DNA of 64,000 nt from Minisyncoccota bacterium (GTDB lineage: Bacteria > Patescibacteriota > Minisyncoccia > Phycocordibacterales > UBA6899). Position 1 is the first letter of the stretch. The number at the start of each line of letters is the position of its first letter. The stretch lies in the NCBI GenBank assembly GCA_035583355.1, contig DATEZQ010000003.1, positions 1,844 through 65,843 of the forward strand, given 5' to 3'. The position numbers were made by a program, and so were the translations under genes. Positions 1 to 9,058 of the stretch are shown piece after piece. The notes under the pieces are model-generated. The model made no database searches. It was not told the origin of the DNA and was given only the letters and a program-made list of their open reading frames with translations.

Positions 1-1544
1 TCGGCGGTATCGACAAGCGTACCTGTTGTGCACCCATTGATACTACTTAAGTTACATGCACCATTTGTCTTTGGATACGAACAGTTCACGCTATTTGCGC
101 CACCATTTGAACCCGCACAGTACCAGATGTTGTTATTTGCATCATCGGCAAGATCGGTCCATGATCCGGCAGAACAACCATTGATGGCAGTGTTGTTACA
201 TGCGCCATTTACAGGTGTCGGAACAGTCACATTATATGTACTCCAACCCGAACTACGTCCATCGCTCGCGAGCGTATATGCCTTAAATGTCTTTGCACCA
301 GCACTAGACCAACTATTGTTTTGTGTAAATATCCAGTTTGATGTGCTATATGCAGATGATTGATCAACAACACTGTTGTTGTCCCAGTCGATCTGATAGC
401 TCACTGTACTGCCCAATGGATCTGCCGCCTGGAATGTATATGGATAACTCGTGCTGATGATTGGCGATGTCTGACCACCTATAGTAGGAACTGCGGGTAG
501 TGGCTTCGTCTCTGAACAAGCAGGACTACTTCCCCCACAACCACCCGTACAGCTCCAATTCCATGTAAGTGTGTTGCTTACGTTACTTGCTGATGTACCC
601 GCAGAGCATCCATAATGCGTTGCGCTGCAAGCACCATTAAGTGCTGCAACCGAACATGATCCGTAGGCATATGTTCCCGACCATGCACCGTTTGACTGAC
701 AGCTTTGCACCTGACTCGTACAAGAAGATCCGCAGGCAACTGATGATGCTTGATACATCGTGCGCGTCGATGCTGCCGGGGCAGAAGAAAGTGTGTATGA
801 CCCACTCCAAGCGCCACTCGTCTGACAATACTGTGTCTCGCTATAATAGCTATAGGTTCCACAGGCAGAAGTTGCTGCAGCATACATCGTACGCGAAGAT
901 GCTGCAGGAGCTGAAGCAAGTGTATATGAACCAGAAAGAGTCCCTGCATTACAGGTGCGTGTTTGACTTACTGGTGCTGATCCACAAGCATAGGAGCCAC
1001 TTGCGTATGCAGTGACCGACTGTCCACTTGCAATAGTTCCTCCCCACGGAAGATTACATGCGGGTTTCGTCTCACTACAGGATGCATTCGAGCCACCTCC
1101 AGTACCATTACAATTCCAAGTCCACGCAGCAGCTCCATCAACATTATTTGCTGACGTTCCTGCAGCACAAGCATAATGAGAAGCCGAACATACTCCATTT
1201 ACTGCAAGAACTTCAGAACACGAAGCTAGACCATATGCATGCGAACAATCCCAATAATACGCCGAGCCGCTATAATATTGAGAACTCGCGCCTCCCCAAG
1301 AGCAGCCATAGTGCGTAGGACTACAAGAGGACGCACCACAACACGTACCACAATCAGGATAAGGGGTACAGTTATACCAACCCGTATCATCACCTATACA
1401 ATCACAATCATAATAAGCTTCAGCACTGCTGAAGGAAAGTGAGACGCCTTTATTCTCATTATTAACGTTAAGTGATGGCGCAAAGAATAACACCGCCATG
1501 ACGAAGAATAAGGCTAGCACGGGAAAGATTTTTCTCCACAACAT
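1..1544 (-). CDS. Secreted cysteine-rich repeat protein. The CDS is partial: its start is at 1544 and its 3' end runs off the window start.
   Basis: Manual translation of the minus strand from the ATG at 1544 gives MLWRKIFPVLALFFVMAVLFFAPSL (a signal-peptide-like N-terminus) followed by a single frame that stays open to position 1. It contains repeated Cys-rich modules (NGxCSxTHYGCSAGTSAxNV...WNWxCxGxGGxSxxCSETKP and TCxxGTLSGSYTLxSAPAASxRTMY). The track omits it because it has no stop in the window; the short plus and minus ORFs at 28-1442 are antisense or off-frame to it. Confidence 0.6.
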   Translation of the reverse strand, partial: MLWRKIFPVLALFFVMAVLFFAPSLNVNNENKGVSLSFSSAEAYYDCDCIGDDTGWYNCTPYPDCGTCCGASSCSPTHYGCSWGGASSQYYSGSAYYWDCSHAYGLASCSEVLAVNGVCSASHYACAAGTSANNVDGAAAWTWNCNGTGGGSNASCSETKPACNLPWGGTIASGQSVTAYASGSYACGSAPVSQTRTCNAGTLSGSYTLASAPAASSRTMYAAATSACGTYSYYSETQYCQTSGAWSGSYTLSSAPAASTRTMYQASSVACGSSCTSQVQSCQSNGAWSGTYAYGSCSVAALNGACSATHYGCSAGTSASNVSNTLTWNWSCTGGCGGSSPACSETKPLPAVPTIGGQTSPIISTSYPYTFQAADPLGSTVSYQIDWDNNSVVDQSSAYSTSNWIFTQNNSWSSAGAKTFKAYTLASDGRSSGWSTYNVTVPTPVNGACNNTAINGCSAGSWTDLADDANNNIWYCAGSNGGANSVNCSYPKTNGACNLSSINGCTTGTLVDTA

Positions 1545-1656
1545 AATTATCCATATTATACACTAAATATCTTGCATTTTTAAATCGCACGTGAAGTAAA
1601 CCCACCGCATAACACGCGCGAAGCAAAAAACTCCACGTATGGAGTTTTCATTTGCA

Positions 1657-2283
1657 TTAGAGCTGCGTTGCGGCGAGTGCTGAGTTTATGCGTGGTATCA
1701 ACGTATTTTTCTGCAGTGCAATCGCCGTGAGTAATTTTGTCACATCATGGTCATGTGCAAAAAAGAGCGCATCGGAGCCATTATCCTCCCAATAACCGAG
1801 CGCACGGAGCATGCGGATGGCCATATAGAGTTCAAAATAATAACAGTCTTCTCGCGATTCAAGTGTTTCGAGGCGTGTGAGCTCAGTGATGAGCTCTTCG
1901 TAAAGTTCAGCATGTGGCTCTTCTCCATGAATAAGCCGCATAAGCATGCTTGAAAGTGCCGCGAGCACCTTACGGCGATGGGGATGGCGAAAGAGTACAC
2001 TCTGCGTGCTAATCGTGCGCGCACTGGTTAGTCTCCAACCATGTTTTCCGCGTACAAGATCGAGATGTGCATGAGCAAAACGCTGCAGAACGAAACGCAG
2101 ACGAGACTTCCCGAGACGTAGACTCTTGGCAATCACCATCACGAGACCGAGTTCTTTTGTATATACAAAAAGAAGCGCATCCCCTTCTCCTGTGGGCTTT
2201 GACTGCAATACAATTCCCTCAACATGATAAATACGATACGCCATGAATGCTTCTATTTTCCCTGAAAAAACTCTGTGCCGCAA
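1657..2283 (-). CDS. recO: DNA repair protein RecO
   Basis: N-terminal OB-fold signature YRIYHVEGIVL...GEGDALLFVYTKELG and a length of about 200 aa typical of RecO. Confidence 0.65.
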   Translation of the reverse strand: MRHRVFSGKIEAFMAYRIYHVEGIVLQSKPTGEGDALLFVYTKELGLVMVIAKSLRLGKSRLRFVLQRFAHAHLDLVRGKHGWRLTSARTISTQSVLFRHPHRRKVLAALSSMLMRLIHGEEPHAELYEELITELTRLETLESREDCYYFELYMAIRMLRALGYWEDNGSDALFFAHDHDVTKLLTAIALQKNTLIPRINSALAATQL

Positions 2284-2343
2284 GATTACACAAGAGCGTA
2301 AACGTGTTTATCTATAACAAAAACGCCATTGCTGGCGTTTTTG

Positions 2344-5300
2344 TTACATTTTTTCGAGTGCAAATTCAAGCTTTCCCTCAAGTAGCGCTACCGACTGCGT
2401 CGTTTCGCCTTCCTTGATGTCGAGGATGGTCGCCTCAACCGAGAGCATTTCCTGCATGTCGAGCGCAAAAGCCATTGCCTCCTCATTACCTGCGATAAGC
2501 AATCGTGCTGCCTCACCAGGATTGAACCCTGAGCGCTTGCGCTCTTCCTGAATCGCGCGAAGCACGTCACGCATCACTCCCTCGCGCTTAAGCTCTGGAG
2601 TCAAAACAAGATCAAGCTCTACAGCATCAGCGAGAAGGGCTGCGTCATGTGAAACAGTCTTTACATTAAGCTCATCGGCAATGATTGCAGTAAGAGCGGC
2701 GTCCGCAACGAGTGCTTTGTTACCCACATAAAGTGCGGCGAGTGGCTGACGCACCTTGATGCCGTTCTTTGCACGCTGCTCAAGTGCAAGTGTTACCGTC
2801 TTACGCACCGCCTCCATCGTATCGAGCACAGTGTGTAGAGCAACACCAGGCACTGGCCACTGCTCAAGATGCACACTTTCAAGCTTCTTCTCCACAGGAA
2901 GACGCTGATAGAGATCCTCGGCAAGGAATGGAGTGAACGGTGCAAGCAAACGCGAGAGTTGGAATAATATCCAGCCAAGCGTCATCTCTGCAAATGCCCT
3001 ATCTTCTCCCTCTCCCTTCAAGCGATCGCGTGAGCGGCGAAGCCACCATGTCGAAAGATCATCAATCAGTGGCAAGACTTGCTTTGCTGCACGATCAAGC
3101 TCGTTGGTCTCAAGGAAGTGTGTGGCCTCGTTATGCGTCTCATTCCATCGTGCAATGATCCAACGATCAAGTGCATGAGTCGACTTCGGCTGCTCACGGA
3201 GCACCGCCTGTCCCGTAGCATACATCTCATAGAACGAGCGTACATTATCAAGACGTAATGTGAGTTTCTTTGTGATCTCATCAACACCAAGTGTTGAAAA
3301 TTTCAGATCCTCGCCGCGCATCGCAGGCGACGCAACCATATAGAAGCGTAGTGCATCAGCACCATACTTCCCTACGACTTCCATAGGGTCTGGATAATTA
3401 CGTAGCTTCTTGCTCATCTTTTCACCGTTCTCAGCAAGGACAAGACCGTTTACAATCACATTTCGAAATGGCGACTTTCCAAAGAGTCCAATTCCAAGAA
3501 GCAGCATAGAATAGAACCATCCTCTTGTCTGGTCAAGACCCTCGGCGATGAAATGCGCCGGGAAATTATGCAAGAACATCTTTCCTGCATCATCATTCTC
3601 ATTACCACTAAAGTAGTGCTGCGCAAATGGCATTGAGCCAGACTCAAACCAGCAGTCGAACACTTCGGGAATACGCCTCATCTTGCCTCCACAGGCACAG
3701 CTGAAGACCACATCATCAATGTGCGGTCGATGGAGATCAAGCGCGTAGTCAGCATTATGCGGAAGTGGAGCAAACTTCATCTTATGCACCTCAGCATTAA
3801 GGACATAATCATCGTTTGCATTTTTACGCAATCGTATCGTCTCCGCCTCATCTGCGCCACGCGCTACTGCATCAAGCATCCATACACCATACTCGTGTGT
3901 AACAAAAAGAATGTTCTTCCCTTCATACACTGCGTCGGTCGCATAAAATGCCTCTCCAAAGCGACGCTTCATATCACGCAATGATTCACCATTCGGCGCT
4001 GCACGCGCAAACTTTTCCTCAACTGACGGGAACATCGCGCGATACTCATCGACACTGTGACCATTGAGGTCACCTGCATCTACCTCGTGCAGTCGTGCAT
4101 CATAAATGATTTGATCTCGAGGAATACCAACCATATCTGCCGCAATCTCTGCCGTCTCCTTCGTACGCTGCATCGGTGAAGCGATAATGATATCGATCTT
4201 CATCTTCTGTAACTTTTCACCAGCACTCTTCACTTGCTCTATCCCCTTCTTCGTCAGTGGATTAACGTCATCTTCGCGACAGGAAATGATATCCTGCACA
4301 TTTGACTCTGCCTCACCATGGCGAATTGCGAAATAGTGGTTCTTCGGAGGCTGCGCATCACGCAGCTCATCAATATGACCAATGACACGAATAGCATCAC
4401 AGTCCTTACATTTCCATACAGGAATTGCTGCACCCCAATAGCGGCTGCGCGAAATCGCCCAATCGCGTGCTCCCTCAAGCCAATTATGGAAACGGCCGTG
4501 GCCTACAGCATCTGGCACCCAATTGATTTCCTTATTTGCTTCAACAGCCTTCTCTTTAATCTCGCCCACATTCACAAACCATGAAGATGCCGCGTAATTG
4601 ATGAGTGGCCAATCGCAGCGCCAACAATACGGATAGCTGTGAGTCATATTCTCCTTGCTGAAGAAGAGATTTGCATCTTGAAGGAACTTGATGACAGCGA
4701 TGTCGGTGCTGAGTCGTACGCGGTCATCATCGCTCTTTGGTTTCACTGACATTCCCGCAAAACCAGTCACTTCATCCTTAATCGTTCCATCCATGCGCAC
4801 ATGCTGAATGAACGGGAGTTGTTCCCGCTTCCCGAGCTGCATATCATCATCACCAAATGCTGGCGCAATATGCACTATCCCTGTACCCGTATCACTTGCA
4901 ACGAAATCTGCACCATAGACATGCCAACCACGCTCGCGGTTTATGAGCTCAGCGTCATTAGCATAATCCATAAATGGAGGAATATATGCGATTCCAACGA
5001 GCTCTTTACCTGATACTTCTCCGGTCACGACAGCGCTTGGAGCAATACGAGGCAATGTATCCTTCTGTGCAATATATGTTGTCGCATCTCCAGGAAGCGT
5101 AAATCGCACATAAGCAAGATCCACATTGACCGCGAGTGCAACATTTCCCGGCAACGTCCAAGGAGTCGTTGTCCATGCAAGAAGTGCAACATCAGGATTA
5201 TCACGCAACGGAAATTTAAGCGTGACTGAGATATCCTTTACATCCTTATACCCGCCCGCAACCTCTGAGGCAGCGAGTGTCGTCTCACAACGAGGACAAA

Positions 5301-5880
5301 TGTGCATAGACTTGTAGCCCTCATAAATGAGCTTCTTGTCATAGAGTGTTTTGAAGGCCCACCATACACTTGCCATATAGCCAGTATCCATCGTCTTGTA
5401 GGCATGATCCATGTCTACCCAACGACCAACACGTGGTACGATTTCCTTCCATTCTTTGTCATACATCAGCACCGATGCTTCTGCTTTCGCATTAAAGGCA
5501 CCGATACCATATTCCTCGATCTGTCGCTTATGCTCGAGGCCAAGTTCTTGTTCAATGAGATTCTCCACCGGAAGTCCGTGGCAGTCCCAACCCCACACAC
5601 GGCGCACATAGCGTCCACGCATCGTCTGAAAACGAGGAATGACATCCTTGATGGTACCCGCAAGAATATGCCCATAGTGGGGCAAGCCGGTGGCAAATGG
5701 TGGCCCATCGAAAAACACGAACGGCTCATTGTGCGCAGTAGCTTCGAGTGACTTCTTAAAAATACGCTCTTTCGTCCAAAAATCTCCGATACGCACCTCG
5801 CGCTCGGCTAATGTTTCCTTTGAAAGATCGTGTGGCTGCTTTGAATCCATAGTGTTCTTATAGTATAGGAAAATGACCAT
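2344..5880 (-). CDS. ileS: Isoleucyl-tRNA synthetase (eukaryote-like type 2) with an inserted histidine-phosphatase-like domain
   Basis: HIGH region PPFATGLPHYGHIL, WDCHGLP, KMSKS-like EKMSKKLRNYPDP, zinc knuckle CKDC...CACGG, WFESGSMPF. The protein is 1178 aa, against about 1000 aa for a typical IleRS. An extra ~200 aa segment (aa ~510-712) carries RHGEAESN, LTKKGIEQ, IIIASPMQRTKETA and VTHEYG motifs. The likely true start is the Met at 5850 (MDSKQPH). Confidence 0.9.
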   Translation of the reverse strand: MVIFLYYKNTMDSKQPHDLSKETLAEREVRIGDFWTKERIFKKSLEATAHNEPFVFFDGPPFATGLPHYGHILAGTIKDVIPRFQTMRGRYVRRVWGWDCHGLPVENLIEQELGLEHKRQIEEYGIGAFNAKAEASVLMYDKEWKEIVPRVGRWVDMDHAYKTMDTGYMASVWWAFKTLYDKKLIYEGYKSMHICPRCETTLAASEVAGGYKDVKDISVTLKFPLRDNPDVALLAWTTTPWTLPGNVALAVNVDLAYVRFTLPGDATTYIAQKDTLPRIAPSAVVTGEVSGKELVGIAYIPPFMDYANDAELINRERGWHVYGADFVASDTGTGIVHIAPAFGDDDMQLGKREQLPFIQHVRMDGTIKDEVTGFAGMSVKPKSDDDRVRLSTDIAVIKFLQDANLFFSKENMTHSYPYCWRCDWPLINYAASSWFVNVGEIKEKAVEANKEINWVPDAVGHGRFHNWLEGARDWAISRSRYWGAAIPVWKCKDCDAIRVIGHIDELRDAQPPKNHYFAIRHGEAESNVQDIISCREDDVNPLTKKGIEQVKSAGEKLQKMKIDIIIASPMQRTKETAEIAADMVGIPRDQIIYDARLHEVDAGDLNGHSVDEYRAMFPSVEEKFARAAPNGESLRDMKRRFGEAFYATDAVYEGKNILFVTHEYGVWMLDAVARGADEAETIRLRKNANDDYVLNAEVHKMKFAPLPHNADYALDLHRPHIDDVVFSCACGGKMRRIPEVFDCWFESGSMPFAQHYFSGNENDDAGKMFLHNFPAHFIAEGLDQTRGWFYSMLLLGIGLFGKSPFRNVIVNGLVLAENGEKMSKKLRNYPDPMEVVGKYGADALRFYMVASPAMRGEDLKFSTLGVDEITKKLTLRLDNVRSFYEMYATGQAVLREQPKSTHALDRWIIARWNETHNEATHFLETNELDRAAKQVLPLIDDLSTWWLRRSRDRLKGEGEDRAFAEMTLGWILFQLSRLLAPFTPFLAEDLYQRLPVEKKLESVHLEQWPVPGVALHTVLDTMEAVRKTVTLALEQRAKNGIKVRQPLAALYVGNKALVADAALTAIIADELNVKTVSHDAALLADAVELDLVLTPELKREGVMRDVLRAIQEERKRSGFNPGEAARLLIAGNEEAMAFALDMQEMLSVEATILDIKEGETTQSVALLEGKLEFALEKM

Positions 5881-5950
5881 TTATCAAGAATGTGGTGTTG
5901 TGCAATGTGTGGACTAGCGGAGCCCTAAATCATTTGTTAGTATTATCCTC

Positions 5951-6220
5951 ATGGAAGTACCATCAGCAAACACGGAGAATACCACGAATGAAGCACAAGG
6001 GAGCTTCATGGGTCCGATCTGGAAAATCACACTCATGACAATGCTCGGCACCGCATGCATCGGTTATGCAATAAACCTTTTTGCACTTGAAAAGCGACAT
6101 GAGGAAAATATGCAGGAGGTTGCAAAAGTCGAATTCCGTACACAGCAATATGCAGCGTACCGAGACATTTACAAGACCGAAGGCAAGGCCGCTGCGGACG
6201 CCACACTAAAAAACAACTAA
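5951..6220 (+). CDS. Small hypothetical membrane protein (single predicted TM segment)
   Basis: 89 aa ORF with a hydrophobic segment ITLMTMLGTACIGYAINLFAL. It sits immediately upstream of a same-size ORF of similar architecture. Confidence 0.4.
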   Translation: MEVPSANTENTTNEAQGSFMGPIWKITLMTMLGTACIGYAINLFALEKRHEENMQEVAKVEFRTQQYAAYRDIYKTEGKAAADATLKNN

Positions 6221-6221
6221 T

Positions 6222-6491
6222 ATGGCACGCAAAGAAATCATTCAGTTGAGTGGAACGCACATCCTCATCGCAATGGCCGTCATTGGTAATCTCCTTGTTG
6301 GCGCCTTTCTCTATCGCTATCACTCTTTTGCACTCTTCCGCCTTGAGGATAGAGACCTTGCAACTTTCACAAAAGCGCAGCGCGCAGAACGCGATGTCAA
6401 AGAAGAGATTCGCGAACTTGAGCATGCCAAATCATGGAACGAGACAGCCTACGCACTCAAGAATCCTTGGAGTGCGGACGAAAAACTCTAA
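6222..6491 (+). CDS. Small hypothetical membrane protein, apparent tandem paralog of the 5951-6220 ORF
   Basis: 89 aa with one TM segment (ILIAMAVIGNLLVGAFLY) and a charged C-terminus. It is followed by a clean rho-independent terminator. Confidence 0.4.
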   Translation: MARKEIIQLSGTHILIAMAVIGNLLVGAFLYRYHSFALFRLEDRDLATFTKAQRAERDVKEEIRELEHAKSWNETAYALKNPWSADEKL

Positions 6492-6494
6492 AAC

Positions 6495-6520
6495 AAAAAA
6501 CGAGCCTTCGGCTCGTTTTT
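6495..6520. terminator. Rho-independent terminator, bidirectional
   Basis: aaaaaacgagcc-ttcg-gctcgttttt hairpin with T-run, lying between the convergent 6222-6491 (+) ORF and argS (-). Confidence 0.7.
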
Positions 6521-6527
6521 GTTTTGT

Positions 6528-8234
6528 TTACATCTTGCTTGGCACAGCGATGCCGAGCAATGTAAGCCCGCGCTCTATCACGATGCTTGTCGCTTTGGCA
6601 ATTGCGAGATTATAGCCAATCGCAGGATTCTCAGTATCGAGAATCTTGGTATTACCGTACCAGCCATTGAATGCCTGTGCGGTCTCAAGCAGATAGGTCG
6701 CGATATGATGTGGTGCCCATTCATTTATTGAAAGCTGCACTACCTCAGGGAAACGCGTGAGCATTTTCTCAATCTGGGTGACCTCGGTAGTCGGGACTAC
6801 ACACTCTCCCCGCTTGCAGGCCACATACCCTTCAGCTGCAGCCTTCGTGAGCACAGAACGTGCGCGCACAACGGTATATTGCAGATACGGACCAGAATCA
6901 CCCTCAAACGAAAGAGAAGTGTCGGGATCAAAGTTGATATTTTTTCCTGCTGCGGCACGCAAAATTGCGAACTTTATCGCTCCTATTGCGACGCGATCAA
7001 TATCCTCATCAATAAGCTGCGGCGCACGTTCACGTACTTCTTCTGCGAGTGTATCGATGATATCCGCTGCTAGTGGTACGCCACCAAGACGCGAAGACAT
7101 CTTCTGTCCCTTGAATGTCATGCGACCATGCGTACGATGTATGGAAAGCTTTTCCCAGAGTGGATTTATCCTTTTCGCTGCCGCGAGGACAACATCGAAG
7201 TGTGAAGCCTGTTCGTGATCGGTGATAAAAAGTGAGAGATCAGGATTATATCGATCAAATTTGAGCGAGAGCAAGCCGAGGTCTTTTGCTTCGTACGTTG
7301 GTCGTCCCTCCTTGTTCACAAACACACGCGTATGGAGGCCATCCTGTTCACCCTCATAGATGATTGCTCCTTCACTCTTTGCAAACACATCTCCAATATG
7401 TGTAGCAACAAGCTGCTCCCCCACCTTTCCCGCCTCACTCTCAAAAATATACGCATCGAAATGTGAACCGAGGCGCTTCGTAGTCTCTACAAAGTAGTCA
7501 AGATTAATAGTCTTACACTCCTCGAAGATATCAAGTATGTTTCCTGGTATGCGCTCGAAGAGTGTCTTCGAGATCTCGAGCACCTCAGCTTTCACCACAT
7601 CACTCTCTTCATAAAGCTGCGTCCCCTTCGCATAGCAAGCACCTAAGTATGCAAGTTTATCTTGCTCCGTCTTGCACGCACGCAGTTTTTCAATACCATC
7701 TTGAGCTACAACATACACCGCTTTTGCAATACCAAGCGAGACGTCGGATGGAAAAGAAATAGAAGTCACCTTGCCTGCCCCCGAAAATTCTGCAAGTCGT
7801 TTGATCGACTCACCTACGGCATTGTTCATCAAGTGGCCGATGTGAAACGGTTTGAATAAGTTTGGACTTGAATGCTCAACGAGAATTTTCTTACCGTCCC
7901 ACGAATCCTCTTTTCCATAGATTTCACCTTCCTCCACAATGCGCTCCACCTCACCACGAAATACCTCATCTTCGATCGTGAAATTAATAAAACCAGGACC
8001 AGCAATTGCAATAGTCTTTACTCCTTTGATGGCACGGGAGGTAAGCGCCACGACAAGCTCCTCGGCAAGCGTACGAGGATTCTTCCCTACACTCTTTGCG
8101 ACGACCATAGCGGCATTTGTCGCAAAATCACCATGTGATGCAACAGTCGGATGCTCCAATCCAAAAGCAACCTCAGGCAGGCCAATAGCAATAAGCGTAG
8201 CGCTAATTTCGCGCCTCAGGAATTCGCTGAACAT
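6528..8234 (-). CDS. argS: Arginyl-tRNA synthetase
   Basis: HPTVASHGDFATNAAM, AGPGFINF, HIGH-type motif SSPNLFKPFHIGHLMN, C-terminal ...LGIAVPSKM typical of ArgRS. Confidence 0.9.
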   Translation of the reverse strand: MFSEFLRREISATLIAIGLPEVAFGLEHPTVASHGDFATNAAMVVAKSVGKNPRTLAEELVVALTSRAIKGVKTIAIAGPGFINFTIEDEVFRGEVERIVEEGEIYGKEDSWDGKKILVEHSSPNLFKPFHIGHLMNNAVGESIKRLAEFSGAGKVTSISFPSDVSLGIAKAVYVVAQDGIEKLRACKTEQDKLAYLGACYAKGTQLYEESDVVKAEVLEISKTLFERIPGNILDIFEECKTINLDYFVETTKRLGSHFDAYIFESEAGKVGEQLVATHIGDVFAKSEGAIIYEGEQDGLHTRVFVNKEGRPTYEAKDLGLLSLKFDRYNPDLSLFITDHEQASHFDVVLAAAKRINPLWEKLSIHRTHGRMTFKGQKMSSRLGGVPLAADIIDTLAEEVRERAPQLIDEDIDRVAIGAIKFAILRAAAGKNINFDPDTSLSFEGDSGPYLQYTVVRARSVLTKAAAEGYVACKRGECVVPTTEVTQIEKMLTRFPEVVQLSINEWAPHHIATYLLETAQAFNGWYGNTKILDTENPAIGYNLAIAKATSIVIERGLTLLGIAVPSKM

Positions 8235-8305
8235 ATGTGATTACTATATATGCTTTGCCTTAAACCCGCAACAAAAGAAAACGCGCCCGAAGGCGCGAAT
8301 ATTTG

Positions 8306-8923
8306 CTAGTGTTTTGCAAGAATACGACGAACGATGTCCTCAGCTTCCTTGCAGACGATCTCGAGAGGCTTCGTTGCATCGATACGATACATCTTACCAG
8401 GAACCTCCTCGGCGAAAAACTGCTCGTAGCCCTTGCGCACACGTTCATACCACTCAAGAGGCTCAGTATCGAAGCGTGATGCAGCTTCATTGCGTGCAAG
8501 CGCACGTGCACGGCCGACCTCTGCGGGCACATCGAAATAGATGTAGGCATCAGGACGCGCATAGCGCGTAATGATACTGGTGATTCCCGAGAAGTATGCA
8601 ACCGCATCTTCATGCTCGTACGGAACTTGAATTGCAAACGAAGAACCGTCGAAGCGATCAGTGATGACATGAAATCCCTCAGCACGCTTCGGTGCGATGA
8701 ACTTCGCAACATGCTCTGCCCTATCAGCGCAAAAGAGCAAAAACTGCGTGTGCCAATGATACTCGCCTGTGCTCTTGCGAAAAATAAATTCGCGCATGGC
8801 TTTATCATCAGGTTCCCTAGTGTAGACCACAGGCAGATCGGAAAGTACACGTGCGAGATGCTCACGCACCGTCGACTTACCACTCCCTTCGATACCTTCA
8901 AGCGCGATCATCATTCCATACAT
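8306..8923 (-). CDS. tmk: Thymidylate kinase
   Basis: P-loop IALEGIEGSGKST, TREPDD nucleotide-binding motif, about 205 aa. Confidence 0.8.
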   Translation of the reverse strand: MYGMMIALEGIEGSGKSTVREHLARVLSDLPVVYTREPDDKAMREFIFRKSTGEYHWHTQFLLFCADRAEHVAKFIAPKRAEGFHVITDRFDGSSFAIQVPYEHEDAVAYFSGITSIITRYARPDAYIYFDVPAEVGRARALARNEAASRFDTEPLEWYERVRKGYEQFFAEEVPGKMYRIDATKPLEIVCKEAEDIVRRILAKH

Positions 8924-9058
8924 AGCTACTCCTTTTATTGTGAATAATCTTACTCAAAATTATCACGAGGGGGACCCCTGTCAATTTACGCAATAGCAAT
9001 TTTGGGTTCAAATACAGGTAACAAAAAACCCGCTCAGAATATGGGCGGATTTCATATA

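Noticed and set aside
28-1442. Several short track ORFs on both strands (28-363 +, 578-949 -, 641-1015 +, 968-1198 -, 1058-1318 +, 1239-1442 +)
   Set aside because: All lie inside or antisense to the single long minus-strand frame that I translated by hand from 1544 to the window edge. That frame has a signal peptide and internally repeated Cys-rich modules, and the short ORFs are low-complexity off-frame artefacts.
3745-4353. Intein as the explanation for the extra ~200 aa in IleRS
   Set aside because: There are no intein block A/B/F/G residues: no Cys/Ser at the N-junction, no His-Asn plus Cys/Ser/Thr at the C-junction, and no homing-endonuclease motifs. Instead, the ordered RHG...His motifs of histidine phosphatases are present.
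8260-8901. 213 aa ORF overlapping tmk in another frame
   Set aside because: It is in an alternative frame of the well-supported thymidylate kinase gene. It has no motifs, and its Ser/Arg-rich composition is typical of off-frame translation of GC-balanced coding sequence.
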